A stretch of 64,000 nt of DNA from an uncultured Rikenellaceae bacterium (GTDB lineage: Bacteria > Bacteroidota > Bacteroidia > Bacteroidales > VadinHA17). Positions 1 through 10,276 of the stretch are shown piece by piece. A model generated the notes under the pieces. That model had not been told where the DNA came from. It ran no database searches and worked only from the letters and a program-made list of their open reading frames with translations. Position 1 is the first letter of the stretch. Every line of letters starts with the position of its first letter. The stretch spans positions 347-64,346 of the forward strand of contig CAZXGG010000011.1 of the NCBI GenBank assembly GCA_964640125.1. The letters are read 5' to 3'. The translations under genes were made by a program, and so were the position numbers.

Positions 1-247
1 TCTCCAGTATCAGGTTAAAGTAACTACCCGGGAAATTGGGCATACCACTGACCAGCTCAATCTTTTTAAATCCGGTTAACCAATGATCCATTTTGGAAGC
101 ATCGATAAAAACCATGAACGCTTTGTCAACCGGACGATCGACCGTTATTTTGCTCTTATACTGAATAGAAGGCTTGATCAATCCGATTGAAAAGAACAGA
201 GCCACCAGGATAAGCAATGCCAGGATAATCCAAATTATCTTTTTCAT
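1..247 (-). CDS. SRPBCC/START-like protein, N-terminal part (gene continues past the left edge)
   Basis: Minus-strand ATG at 245-247. Hand translation is MKKIIWIILALLILVALFFSIGLIKPSIQYKSKITVDRPVDKAFMVFIDASKMDHWLTGFKKIELVSG..., an N-terminal membrane helix followed by a segment resembling SRPBCC proteins. It is absent from the ORF track because it is truncated. Confidence 0.45.
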   Translation of the reverse strand, partial: MKKIIWIILALLILVALFFSIGLIKPSIQYKSKITVDRPVDKAFMVFIDASKMDHWLTGFKKIELVSGMPNFPGSYFNLILE

Positions 248-296
248 ATAAACAAATATAGACCAATCGATAAACATTCCAAAAACGGGTTCTTTC

Positions 297-1052
297 CTAC
301 CCGTTCCAGATTTCCCAGGACCGTTCGGCCTGGAGTTCAAGCATTTTTCTTCCGTTGACGGCGGTTGCTCCTGCTTCTCTGCCCTTTCGAAGGAACACCG
401 TAACTTCAGGGTTGTACACCAGGTCATAGAGGAGATGGTCTTCAGTTAAACCATCATACGGTATATCCGGAAACCGGTTGTTGTCCGGATACATACCCAC
501 TGGTGTGGCATTGATAATGATCCGGCACTCCCTGATAATTTCGGGATTCAGGTCATCGTATGAAAGCTGGTTCACAGATGAGGGATTTCTGGAAACAGAA
601 ACAGGTTCTATTCCCAGGTCATTCAGGACATACAGCACCGCTTCGGATGCTCCTCCTGTTCCAAGCACCAGTGCTTTTTTCTCTGCTCTTCCGAGGTGAG
701 GGATCAGGGATTCCCTGAACCCATGGACATCTGTATTGTATCCGGCAAGGAAGGGATGCATATCCGACCGCACTATTTTAATCGCATTCACCGCACCGAC
801 GATCCCGGATATTTCATCCATTGAATCGAGGTATTCGACCACCGGTTTTTTGTAGGGAATGGTAACATTCAAGCCTGCCAGGGAAGGGTATTGCTCCAGC
901 AACGAGGGCAACATATCGATGGAATCCAGCGGAAAATTTTCGTACCGTGCATCCCCAATTGATTCACCCTGAAATTTTTCCTCAAAATATCTTTTGGAAA
1001 ATGAATGTGACAGTGGTTTTCCAATTAATCCGTATAACCTCGGTTTTCTCAA
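297..1052 (-). CDS. aroE: shikimate 5-dehydrogenase
   Basis: 251 aa with LYGLIGKPLSHSFS, NVTIPYK and the GTGGAS dinucleotide loop typical of AroE. Confidence 0.9.
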   Translation of the reverse strand: MRKPRLYGLIGKPLSHSFSKRYFEEKFQGESIGDARYENFPLDSIDMLPSLLEQYPSLAGLNVTIPYKKPVVEYLDSMDEISGIVGAVNAIKIVRSDMHPFLAGYNTDVHGFRESLIPHLGRAEKKALVLGTGGASEAVLYVLNDLGIEPVSVSRNPSSVNQLSYDDLNPEIIRECRIIINATPVGMYPDNNRFPDIPYDGLTEDHLLYDLVYNPEVTVFLRKGREAGATAVNGRKMLELQAERSWEIWNG

Positions 1053-1071
1053 AAGCTATTTCAGTGTTTGG

Positions 1072-2016
1072 TTACTCAACCGTTCCCTTCTTTTCTTCTG
1101 CCATCTTTTCGATCAGCAAAATGCTTAGTACTCCGATAATCATCAAACCCACTGCAATCACAACCTCCAGGTTAAGGGTTTCAGGAAGCACTCTTTCGTA
1201 CCCCTGGACAACGGGTTCGCCGCTATGCTTAATCATGATATTCCCGAGTTCATCTGTCCGGTATATGTTTTCCTTCCAGGGCCAGAGCACTCCGAGTGAT
1301 CCGAGGATGAAACCGGTCAGGAGCGATATCGTAAGGTCTTTGAATCTCCTGAAAATCCAGGAGAGCAAATGGGAGAATGCAATCAGGCCAATGATGGCTC
1401 CCAGCATTACAGGCCCCAGAATTTTTGCATCCAGGTCATTCACTCCTTCGATAAAAACCAGTTCGTAATTTCCCATCAGGATCAAAACAAATGAGCCTGA
1501 TAATCCGGGCAGGATCATGCTGCAGATTGCAACAATACCACACAGGAACAGGTAATAGAAATCTCCATTTGGAGTGGCCGGGGTTATCAGTGTAATCGCC
1601 AGTGCAACAAATGCACCCAGTATAAAGATAATGACCACACCCACGGTGATTTTCTCGACCCTCCTCCCTACAAAATAGACAGAAGCCAGGATCAAACCGA
1701 AAAAATAGGACCAGATATAGATCGGGTAGTTATTAAAAAGGAAACCGAGCAATTTAGCAAGGGTAAAAATACTGACGGCTATACCAAGAAACACGGCAAT
1801 CAGAAAATCCAGGTTCACATGTTCTGCAAATCGCTTCACCTTACCCGAAAACAGGAATTTAAGGGCAACCAGATCGAACGATTTAACGGAATGGATTAAT
1901 TTTTCAAATATTCCTGTAATCAGTGCAATGGTACCTCCGGAAACACCCGGGATAACGTTTGCCGCTCCCATGCCGACACCTTTAAAAAAGAGACCAATAT
2001 ATTCCCTCATTGGCAA
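1072..2016 (-). CDS. DUF368 family membrane protein (PopT-like undecaprenyl-phosphate translocase family)
   Basis: 314-aa polytopic protein with the duplicated VIPGVSGGT / ILPGLSGS motif characteristic of DUF368. Confidence 0.8.
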   Translation of the reverse strand: MPMREYIGLFFKGVGMGAANVIPGVSGGTIALITGIFEKLIHSVKSFDLVALKFLFSGKVKRFAEHVNLDFLIAVFLGIAVSIFTLAKLLGFLFNNYPIYIWSYFFGLILASVYFVGRRVEKITVGVVIIFILGAFVALAITLITPATPNGDFYYLFLCGIVAICSMILPGLSGSFVLILMGNYELVFIEGVNDLDAKILGPVMLGAIIGLIAFSHLLSWIFRRFKDLTISLLTGFILGSLGVLWPWKENIYRTDELGNIMIKHSGEPVVQGYERVLPETLNLEVVIAVGLMIIGVLSILLIEKMAEEKKGTVE

Positions 2017-2064
2017 ATGATATAGTCTTATTGATAAGATTAATGGGTGTTTACAGGAATTCGC

Positions 2065-2838
2065 TTAATGTTTCAGATCTTCCGGGAGGAATTCAAAAAA
2101 GGTATCGCCCCGCAATCCGAGCCGCAATGTTTCCAGTGAAACAACTTCACCGGGAGCGATATTTCCCAGGTTTACGCTGGCACCCAGCAATTTAATAAAC
2201 CAGGCTTGCTGACTTTTAATGGGCGCTTCCCAGATAACATTTTCAATCTGCACCTGTTTTACGATATCATCGATCAATGTTGTATTTGCTGTACCATCCG
2301 GGTTGTATATCCCAACAGTGCCACTTTCTCTTGCTTCAGCAATCACTTTCCATGCACCGGCATCAATTTCAGCTTTCATCATGGCAACCCAAACGTTGGG
2401 AGGAAAAACTACATCGGCCTGTTTTGAACCGACTTCAGAGAGAACCGTAACCTCCTGGGCCAGCTTTTCGATATAGGAAAGCTTATCCGTGTGAGGAATG
2501 ATCATAGAGCCATCGGAGACTTCCACCATGTCAAGATCGTATTTGTCGATCAGTTTCCGGTATTCATCAAACATATTCCGGATGATGAAGAGTTCAAAGA
2601 GCGTTCCTCCAAAATAGCACCGGAGGTTCCCTTCTTTATAGATCCGGATTTTTTCTTTCAGATTGGGGGTTATCAGTGCCGTGCCAAAGCCAAATTTTAC
2701 CACATCAGTGAACTCTCCGGAGGAAGACACAAAATTCTCTGCTTCTCTCACACTCAATCCTTTGTCCATCATCATGGTTATTCCTTTCTCCCGTGGTTTC
2801 GGGTCCCTTTTAGGGAGGTGTGGAATCTGGTCAATCAT
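2065..2838 (-). CDS. comA: phosphosulfolactate synthase (ComA family)
   Basis: 257 aa. The N-terminal PKPREKGITMMMDKGL and overall TIM-barrel-like pattern match the (2R)-phospho-3-sulfolactate synthase family. The start overlaps the stop of the upstream TPR gene (ATGA at 2835-2838). Confidence 0.7.
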   Translation of the reverse strand: MIDQIPHLPKRDPKPREKGITMMMDKGLSVREAENFVSSSGEFTDVVKFGFGTALITPNLKEKIRIYKEGNLRCYFGGTLFELFIIRNMFDEYRKLIDKYDLDMVEVSDGSMIIPHTDKLSYIEKLAQEVTVLSEVGSKQADVVFPPNVWVAMMKAEIDAGAWKVIAEARESGTVGIYNPDGTANTTLIDDIVKQVQIENVIWEAPIKSQQAWFIKLLGASVNLGNIAPGEVVSLETLRLGLRGDTFFEFLPEDLKH

Positions 2839-4253
2839 ATTTTTTTGTTTTTAAATTCGTGAATAAAACGCTTTAATTTTCGGTCTTTTTCACCTGACGG
2901 ATACCAGGAGAACAGTTCGACGTGCTTATGATAATTTATCTCCAGGGCTCTGGTAAGACAGCTGTATGCCTCTTTGTCGTTTGAGAGAAGAAAATGGCAT
3001 GCTGAGGTTCTGAACATCAGCCCTGCATGCTCCGGCAAATTGCTGCTGGCTTTCTCAAGAATGGAAAGGGTATCGAGCACTCTTCCCGATTTAATCAGCA
3101 GGTCACCATACTCGATCCAGGTGTAGTAATCATAAGGATCCAGGGTTAATGCTTCTTTGAATGCTTCCTCTGCTTTGCCTAAATCCCTGGTGGCTTCCAG
3201 AGCCATGGCAAGAGCAATCCAGTAATCGGGATCATCTTTATCCAGTTCAATGGCTTTTCTGAGGTAATAGAGGCTGTCTTCAGCCAGGTTCTCTTTTAGA
3301 AACAACTTACCCAATCCATACCAGGGCTCGGGAAAATCGGAATCTACCTCCAGGGCTTTCCGGAAATATTTAATTGCATTTATGGTATCGTTCAGGCTTT
3401 CGTAACATTCGGCTATGTAAGTTAATGCCTCACTGCTCTCTTCCTCAATCTTCATGTACTCAATGTAGGAATCAATCGCTTCCTTATACCGTTCAAGATT
3501 TGCCAGTATATTCCCTTTGTTGAAGTGTGCAAATGCATTCTGATCATTGATGGCCAGTGCAAAATCATAAGCTTCGATTGATTTGGCAAAATCACCATTC
3601 TTGTTGTAGATAATACCCAGATTATACCAGACATTATCCGAATAGGGTTCTATATCAAGGTATTGTATATAGAATTGGATGCTTTTATCTAACTTATTGA
3701 GCTTGTTATAGCAAAACCCCATCTCATAAAGAACAGCCGTGTTCGCAGGACTGGATTGATAGGCAGATTTCAGGTATTTTAGTGCTTCCCGGTAGTGACC
3801 AAGGTATTCAAATGAGAGCACGATATCCATTAACAGGTCCTCTTTATTCTCAGGATCGAGTGCCAGTGCCTGGTCGAAATTTTTCCGCGCACCATCAATA
3901 TCACCCATCAGGCTCAGAGCGCTGCCTTTCATTGCAAATATTTCATAATTGGTTGAATCAAGCGCCTCCAGGCGTTCCAGAATTTGTATGGACTGAAGGG
4001 CTTCACCTTTATCTACCAAAACCTGAGCTTTTTTCAGCTGGATCGGGATTGAAGAAGGATGTTGTTGAGAAGCAAGGAAAACCGCTTCGTAAGCATGGGT
4101 TGACTCATTGGTCTCGATATAGTAATCGATGATATTCTCAAATTCGTATACATCGAAGAAATACATGGTCTTGTTTTTCTTCATCTTCTCATACCGCCGT
4201 ACCGTCTTAAGAATCTCTTCTTTCTCAAATGTTGAATCTCTGTCGTCGTTCAT
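2835..4253 (-). CDS. tetratricopeptide repeat protein
   Basis: 472 aa with repeated 34-aa A..Y..AL..DP type units throughout. It is translationally coupled to comA. Confidence 0.8.
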   Translation of the reverse strand: MNDDRDSTFEKEEILKTVRRYEKMKKNKTMYFFDVYEFENIIDYYIETNESTHAYEAVFLASQQHPSSIPIQLKKAQVLVDKGEALQSIQILERLEALDSTNYEIFAMKGSALSLMGDIDGARKNFDQALALDPENKEDLLMDIVLSFEYLGHYREALKYLKSAYQSSPANTAVLYEMGFCYNKLNKLDKSIQFYIQYLDIEPYSDNVWYNLGIIYNKNGDFAKSIEAYDFALAINDQNAFAHFNKGNILANLERYKEAIDSYIEYMKIEEESSEALTYIAECYESLNDTINAIKYFRKALEVDSDFPEPWYGLGKLFLKENLAEDSLYYLRKAIELDKDDPDYWIALAMALEATRDLGKAEEAFKEALTLDPYDYYTWIEYGDLLIKSGRVLDTLSILEKASSNLPEHAGLMFRTSACHFLLSNDKEAYSCLTRALEINYHKHVELFSWYPSGEKDRKLKRFIHEFKNKKI

Positions 4254-4333
4254 GGCTATTCATTCACGCTGTAAAATTACGAATTATTATCATACTGCTT
4301 TTTAAAAAAAAATTAATTTTACGCACCTGTCAT

Positions 4334-5062
4334 ATGGATACTGCGCTTATACCGATATTGATCGTACTCTTTCTGGCTGCTCTTACACGGTCAACCTTCG
4401 GTTTTGGTGATGCCCTGGTCGGTATGCCACTGCTTGCAATCATTGCAGGTATGCACATTGCAACTCCTGTCATCCAAATGTTTGGCACCACGATTGCCAT
4501 TTCCATTCTGATAAGACAATGGAAGCAAGTCGATCTGAAAAGTGCCTGGAAACTTATTGTCTCATCCCTCATTGGCATACCCATCGGACTATACTACCTG
4601 AGGGAGGTAAATGAGAACCTGGTGAAATTTATCCTGGCAGTTATCATCATACTTTTTGCCCTCTACCAGCTTACCAGGCCAACGATGATCAGATTAAAAA
4701 ATGACCGGTTTGCCCTGCTTTTCGGATTGCTTGGCGGAATACTTGGAGGAGCGTACAACACAAACGGTCCACCGGTAATCTTCTATGGAACGTTACGGGA
4801 ATGGGATCCTATGCGATTCAGGGCAACCCTCCAGGGGTATTTCCTTCCAACGGGTATCGGAATTTTAACCGGCCATTTTATTGCCGGGTTCTGGACTCCA
4901 ACTGTAATCCGGTATTATCTTACAGGGCTGCCGGTGGTTATTATGGCTATCCTGCTTGGAAGTTATTTAAACAAACGGGTTCCAAAAGAAAAGTTCGTGC
5001 GTTATGTCTACCTCATATTGATTGTGCTTGGGGTATTCCTTCTGGTTGATGTTTTCAGGTAA
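4334..5062 (+). CDS. TauE/SafE (DUF81) family sulfite/sulfonate exporter-like membrane protein
   Basis: ATG at 4334 (MDTALIPILIV...) is preferred over the ORF-track start at 4229. It is a multi-TM protein with FGFGDALVGMPLL and GGAYNTNGPP motifs of the family. Confidence 0.75.
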   Translation: MDTALIPILIVLFLAALTRSTFGFGDALVGMPLLAIIAGMHIATPVIQMFGTTIAISILIRQWKQVDLKSAWKLIVSSLIGIPIGLYYLREVNENLVKFILAVIIILFALYQLTRPTMIRLKNDRFALLFGLLGGILGGAYNTNGPPVIFYGTLREWDPMRFRATLQGYFLPTGIGILTGHFIAGFWTPTVIRYYLTGLPVVIMAILLGSYLNKRVPKEKFVRYVYLILIVLGVFLLVDVFR

Positions 5063-5072
5063 TAGTGAATCA

Positions 5073-7700
5073 TCAGTTGTCGTGTGCACTGTCGCGATGA
5101 AACAGGATTCCCGTGGTGGTATCCAGTTCCGAAAACCGTTGTATGATCCCCTCTTTCTTTTCAGAAAGTTCTTCAACCAGTTTCGGGTTATTTTTCAAAT
5201 TGCCCGAAAGGTTTGAATAAAGAATATGCAGTTTCTCTGAAAAAAGCTCTCCCTGTTTTGATAGCTTGTTCGATATACTGCCCTCTTCGATTTTCATGCA
5301 GATATCGGTTAATCCATAATAGGCATCATTGAACTCAAGCAGCTGCCTGGTAATGTCTTTGCCGAAAAGTGCAAGAAGGGCTTTATAGAGTGACATATCC
5401 GGATCGTACGCATTGTTATTCCATTCAAAATCAGCAACCGTGGTATATTTTATCTTATAGAATTCACTGGAAGCGGAGCCATTAACATACATGTGTGGAC
5501 CATCAACATACTGGTAGAAATTTTCAGGCACGTATACATCATACGGTTCAAACAGGTTACACATACGGACTTTCCCGGGATAGAGGGCAGCATACCCTCC
5601 ATAATCAGATTCCAGTGCCCTGGCATATAGTGTATTGTCCCAGATCATCGGTTTGCGCCCGATCAGTCCTGTGTATTTTTCAAAATCAATCTTGTCATAG
5701 TATAGGGATCTGACTGTGGGACCGGTCCAGATGATGGAGATGTCTTCCGGAATCGCTGGTATCAGTTCTTTGAAATAGAACTCCGCCCTTCCCATACTAC
5801 GATCAATAAATTCATTCAGATACCATGGAGGGCAAAACTCAAATCGTGTTCCCGGATAATTCATCTCCACCCATTGATGAAGGGAATTGATCATGTATAT
5901 ATGCGCATGCTGGAGGTTTCCAAAAGCTTTTTTATCCTCTTCTGTATAGAGGGTGTAGAGTTTTCGTGAACCGTTTTCATGGGGAACAAAGTCATCTGCC
6001 ATCAGCATAATCGTTGTGGCACCTGCATCCAATCCCCACCTGAATGCCTGTTTCAGCTTTTCCATACTTCCCGGATCACTGTGTGTCCAGGCATACCGGA
6101 GGTCATGAGAGATCGAGTCAACATGCATTTCATAGTCAAGGTGATAATAGGGATTGATCATGATTGCCAGGTCAATGGCCCCGTTTCTTCGACACGCCTC
6201 ACCGATCATCGTAACGCCCTGCTTATAAAGGTCGTCAGGGTTATACCACTCTTTTCTGCCCCTGGTCTGACCGTACCCGATGTAAGCTTTGTTTAACTTC
6301 ATCAGGCTCATGCGATCAATATTCGCCAGATCATTGTTCAATGTTGCTTCATCCTGCCAGGAATCGAACAGGTACGATCGCCCCAAAAAATCCGGGTAGT
6401 CGGATATAGACACGCCGTGAAACTGCTGGTTCTCTGTGTCAAATAATTGCAATGCAGTTGCTGAGGCATAATAATCACCCTGAGGGTCGCTTCCAACCAG
6501 GAAAATAACCGGTGTAATGCCCTGCAATACATCCACCAGGTACGATTGAGGTTTTCCACCTGGGATGCTTACAGTGAGCTGCTCAGATGATCGGTAATAG
6601 AGATCCGTCTTTCCAACATTGAACACTGCTGAATATTCATCCAGGTTTGGTGGGGTATAACGGGAGACAGACACCTGGACTGAGTCATTTTCCTCCATTA
6701 TTTCTCTGATCAATCCGGCAGCCTTGAGGGTTAACGCGGAAGGATTGGGCGGGATGATGATCAGTGGATCTTTTTTCCCCGCAACGCCAGCTCCGGAATA
6801 GGTTATAACCTCCCCTTTCCGGAGCTGTTTTGGTGTGGGTAAAATGAGATCAGCCCGGGAGAATGTCGAATCAAAAAAGGGTGTGACTCGTTCAAGGGTT
6901 GTGAAATTCCATTTCGAAAAACGATAATCCACGTTGTCAACCCACATGGTACCGGTGCCTTTGAGCCCAAAAAAGATCCTTACAAACTGTGCATTGTCGG
7001 GGATATCTCCTTCCGAAAAGGGATAATTGTATGTTCTGCCCCTAACGTTCCCATAGCCGAAGGTGTCAATAAACCAGAAGTTTGAAAAAGAGTACCCCTT
7101 GAATGAATTATCGAGAAATTCATCCAGGTAAGGATAATATTGTTTTCCATCAACCTCAATTTTATTCTTATCGTAGAAAAGGATCCGGATGTTTACTGCA
7201 TCATGCAGTCTGGTCCCCAGACGGGATTGATTGGGGTGAATGCCTTCCAGCCGTATATCGAAGGTAAAAAGATAATTTCCGGGAATAACCTTAATAAAAT
7301 CACTGATTATCCCCTCCCCTGTTTCATCCATTTCACCGGATTTTCCCCTGTGAATTTTAATGGCATGGGTTCCCTGTGTGACTTCATTATACTCGTAAAT
7401 ATTATTTGAAAGGTCTACCCACTCCACATGTTCACCCACTCTGGTCCAGCCTCTGACAAAAAAAGCGTTGTCCTCTCCCTCTTCGAAGAAAAATTTGCCG
7501 GTTTCGAAAGATGGGTTAAACACCAGGTTCCCTTTGTGTAACTGATTCAAACGAATGTGATAAGGAATTGTCATGGGATCCATACTTGACCATAGTGCCT
7601 GGTTCCTGATCGATTTCTCTCGCTCAATGCACCCTGTAATGATGATCAGGGAAACAGTGACAAACAAGCCGGTGATCCGGACTTTGAATTTGTTCTTCAT
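5073..7700 (-). CDS. GH84-like beta-N-acetylglucosaminidase domain protein with N-terminal signal/lipoprotein sequence and CBM-like region
   Basis: 875 aa with signal LIIITGC. The central region carries a GH84-like motif series: LGRSYLFDSW, IMLMADDF (the DD catalytic pair position), IIWTGPTVRS and MIWDNTLYA. Confidence 0.55.
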   Translation of the reverse strand: MKNKFKVRITGLFVTVSLIIITGCIEREKSIRNQALWSSMDPMTIPYHIRLNQLHKGNLVFNPSFETGKFFFEEGEDNAFFVRGWTRVGEHVEWVDLSNNIYEYNEVTQGTHAIKIHRGKSGEMDETGEGIISDFIKVIPGNYLFTFDIRLEGIHPNQSRLGTRLHDAVNIRILFYDKNKIEVDGKQYYPYLDEFLDNSFKGYSFSNFWFIDTFGYGNVRGRTYNYPFSEGDIPDNAQFVRIFFGLKGTGTMWVDNVDYRFSKWNFTTLERVTPFFDSTFSRADLILPTPKQLRKGEVITYSGAGVAGKKDPLIIIPPNPSALTLKAAGLIREIMEENDSVQVSVSRYTPPNLDEYSAVFNVGKTDLYYRSSEQLTVSIPGGKPQSYLVDVLQGITPVIFLVGSDPQGDYYASATALQLFDTENQQFHGVSISDYPDFLGRSYLFDSWQDEATLNNDLANIDRMSLMKLNKAYIGYGQTRGRKEWYNPDDLYKQGVTMIGEACRRNGAIDLAIMINPYYHLDYEMHVDSISHDLRYAWTHSDPGSMEKLKQAFRWGLDAGATTIMLMADDFVPHENGSRKLYTLYTEEDKKAFGNLQHAHIYMINSLHQWVEMNYPGTRFEFCPPWYLNEFIDRSMGRAEFYFKELIPAIPEDISIIWTGPTVRSLYYDKIDFEKYTGLIGRKPMIWDNTLYARALESDYGGYAALYPGKVRMCNLFEPYDVYVPENFYQYVDGPHMYVNGSASSEFYKIKYTTVADFEWNNNAYDPDMSLYKALLALFGKDITRQLLEFNDAYYGLTDICMKIEEGSISNKLSKQGELFSEKLHILYSNLSGNLKNNPKLVEELSEKKEGIIQRFSELDTTTGILFHRDSAHDN

Positions 7701-7853
7701 CTTTCGTGCAGAAGGATTGTATTATTTTTCAGGGTTTTAACTTTATAAACGCAACCATTCATCCAAAATTTGCATCTGTTATACAATGATAAGGAGAATA
7801 CCCGTTACCCCCTAATATATTTACCCTAAAATTAACCTAAATTTTAGTGGAGG

Positions 7854-7884
7854 AAACCAGGTCCATTCGGTCCTGGTTTTTTTT
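7854..7884. terminator. hairpin 20 nt downstream of the folD stop (aaaccaggtcc-attc-ggtcctggttt), T-run on the plus strand only
   Basis: An 11-bp stem with one mismatch. T8 follows it on the plus strand and an A-run precedes it on the minus strand. It may serve as the folD terminator despite the orientation. Confidence 0.35.
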
Positions 7885-7903
7885 AAAAAGAAACTTGCGA
7901 TCT

Positions 7904-8788
7904 TCAAGCGTAGATGGCTTTTTTTGCCGCAAGCAAGGTATTTTTCAGAAGAGCTACTCGTGTCATGGGTCCTACACCTCCTGGCACGGGTGTGATAAAA
8001 CTGGTTTTTGGAGCCACTTCATCGAATTTTACATCACCGATCAGTTTCCAACCGGATTTGGTCTTGTCGGAAGGAACCCGGGTAATACCCACGTCGATAA
8101 CCACTGCCCCTTCCTTTACCATATTCGCCGTTAAGAATCCAGCCTGACCCATGGCGGCAATCACGATATCCGCATTCCGTGCTATTTCATCAATATCCTT
8201 TGTCTTGCTATGGCAGACGGTAACCGTTGCATTCCCGGGATACCGTTTTTGGGAAAGCAAGATGCTCATCGGTTTGCCCACGATATTGCTTCTCCCGATT
8301 ACTACACAGGACTTACCCACAGTATCTATCTTGTACCGCTCGATGAGTTCCAGAATACCGGCGGGTGTTGCAGAGATATAAGAAGGCAGGCCAATGACCA
8401 TGCGTCCGACATTTACCGGATGAAATCCATCCACATCTTTCCGCGGATCGATGCGTTCGATGACCTTCTGTTCCGAAATGTGATCAGGAAGCGGCAGCTG
8501 AACGATCAATCCGTCGATCTGGTCATTCCGGTTTATTTCATCGATCTTATCCAGAAGTTTTTCTTCTGTAAGCTGCTCTTCATATTGAAAAAGGGAGGAT
8601 TCGATGCCAACCTGGGCACAATCTTTTTGTTTATAGGCAACGTATGTTTCACTGGCACCGTCATGTCCGACAAGAATAGCGGCAAGGTGAGGGATTTTTC
8701 CACCCTGCTCTTTGATAGAATTAACCTCTTCGGCAATTTCAGCCTTGACCTGTTCGGCAATTACTTTTCCTTCAATTAGTTGGTACAT
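7904..8788 (-). CDS. folD: bifunctional methylenetetrahydrofolate dehydrogenase/cyclohydrolase
   Basis: 294 aa with [21 protein letters not shown] and GRSNIVGKP motifs. Confidence 0.92.
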   Translation of the reverse strand: MYQLIEGKVIAEQVKAEIAEEVNSIKEQGGKIPHLAAILVGHDGASETYVAYKQKDCAQVGIESSLFQYEEQLTEEKLLDKIDEINRNDQIDGLIVQLPLPDHISEQKVIERIDPRKDVDGFHPVNVGRMVIGLPSYISATPAGILELIERYKIDTVGKSCVVIGRSNIVGKPMSILLSQKRYPGNATVTVCHSKTKDIDEIARNADIVIAAMGQAGFLTANMVKEGAVVIDVGITRVPSDKTKSGWKLIGDVKFDEVAPKTSFITPVPGGVGPMTRVALLKNTLLAAKKAIYA

Positions 8789-8817
8789 AATAATTTATTT
8801 TAGCGTATTAGGATTTA

Positions 8818-10152
8818 TTACCGTTTCATGCCCTGCATATTTCTCATCATTCTGGCCATGTTTTTCCCACCGGACATCATCTTCATCATCTTTCTGGTTT
8901 CATCAAACTGTTTAACCAACCGGTTTACTTCCTGGATGGTTGTCCCGCTTCCAGTGGCAATGCGCTTCCTCCTGCTTCCATTCAGGAGTACTGGATTTTC
9001 ACGTTCTTCAGGAGTCATGGAGGAGATGATGGCTTCAATGCCTTTGAAAGCATCATCATCAATATCCAGGTTTTTCATTGCTTTCCCCACTCCGGGGATC
9101 ATCGATGCCAGATCCTTCACGTTTCCCATCTTTTTGATTTGCTGAATCTGGGAGATGAAGTCGTTAAAATTGAATTGATCCTTCGCGATCTTCTTCTGAA
9201 TTTTCCTGGCTTCCTCAACATCGAACTGCTCCTGTGCTTTTTCCACCAGCGATACAATATCACCCATGCCCAGTATACGATCAGCCATTCGTTCGGGGTG
9301 AAAAACATCCAGCGCATCCATTTTTTCACCCGAGCCGACGAATTTGATGGGTTTATTGACGACAGACCGTATGGATAATGCCGCACCCCCACGGGTATCG
9401 CCGTCTAATTTGGTAAGGACAACTCCTTCAAAATCGAGCCGGTCATTAAACTCCCTGGCTGTATTAACAGCATCCTGACCGGTCATGGCATCCACAACAA
9501 ATAGGGTTTCTTGCGGATCGATCGCTTTTTTGACCGATGCAATCTCCTTCATCATCTCTTCATCAATGGCAAGCCTTCCGGCTGTGTCAATGATCACCAC
9601 ATCGTTCCCCTGTCTTTTTGCAAATTTGATAGACTCCTGGGTGATCTTGACAGGGTTTTGATTTCCTTCTTCCGTATATACCTCAACATTGATCTGCTCT
9701 CCCAGGACTTTCAGCTGATCGATAGCAGCCGGTCTGTAAACGTCCCCTGCTACAAGTATCGGATTTTTCCCTTTTTTATTTTTGAGCAGGAAGGCGAGTT
9801 TAGCGGCAAATGTTGTCTTTCCGGAACCCTGCAACCCGGCAACAAGAACAATGGCAGGATTGCCCTTGAGGTTAATGTCCTCCATGCTGCCACCCATGAG
9901 AAGGGCGAGTTCATCGTGAACGATCTTTACGATCATTTGCCCCGGCTTAACTGAAGAGAGAACATCCTGTCCGAGAGCCTTCTCTTTTACCGTATCCGTA
10001 AATGACTTGGCGATCTTGTAGTTCACATCCGCATCGAGCAGAGCCCTTCGAACCTCCTTCAGGGTCTCTGCTACATTGATCTCTGTAATCCGCCCTTCAC
10101 CTTTCAGTAGTTGAAACGACCGTTCCAGTCGGTCTGTCAAATTCTCAAACAT
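8818..10152 (-). CDS. ffh: signal recognition particle protein
   Basis: 444 aa with the NG domain GLQGSGKTT / DTAGR / TKLDG and a Met-rich M domain at the C-terminus. Confidence 0.95.
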   Translation of the reverse strand: MFENLTDRLERSFQLLKGEGRITEINVAETLKEVRRALLDADVNYKIAKSFTDTVKEKALGQDVLSSVKPGQMIVKIVHDELALLMGGSMEDINLKGNPAIVLVAGLQGSGKTTFAAKLAFLLKNKKGKNPILVAGDVYRPAAIDQLKVLGEQINVEVYTEEGNQNPVKITQESIKFAKRQGNDVVIIDTAGRLAIDEEMMKEIASVKKAIDPQETLFVVDAMTGQDAVNTAREFNDRLDFEGVVLTKLDGDTRGGAALSIRSVVNKPIKFVGSGEKMDALDVFHPERMADRILGMGDIVSLVEKAQEQFDVEEARKIQKKIAKDQFNFNDFISQIQQIKKMGNVKDLASMIPGVGKAMKNLDIDDDAFKGIEAIISSMTPEERENPVLLNGSRRKRIATGSGTTIQEVNRLVKQFDETRKMMKMMSGGKNMARMMRNMQGMKR

Positions 10153-10276
10153 ATCTTACGGTTGGTTTTCGTTGGCACAAAAATAAATAAAAATCCCTTT
10201 TCTCTGAGAAGCCGTCCGGCAAAATCAAGCGAACCATTGAAAAATCGAACCGGTACGCTCAATATTACACCTCCTG

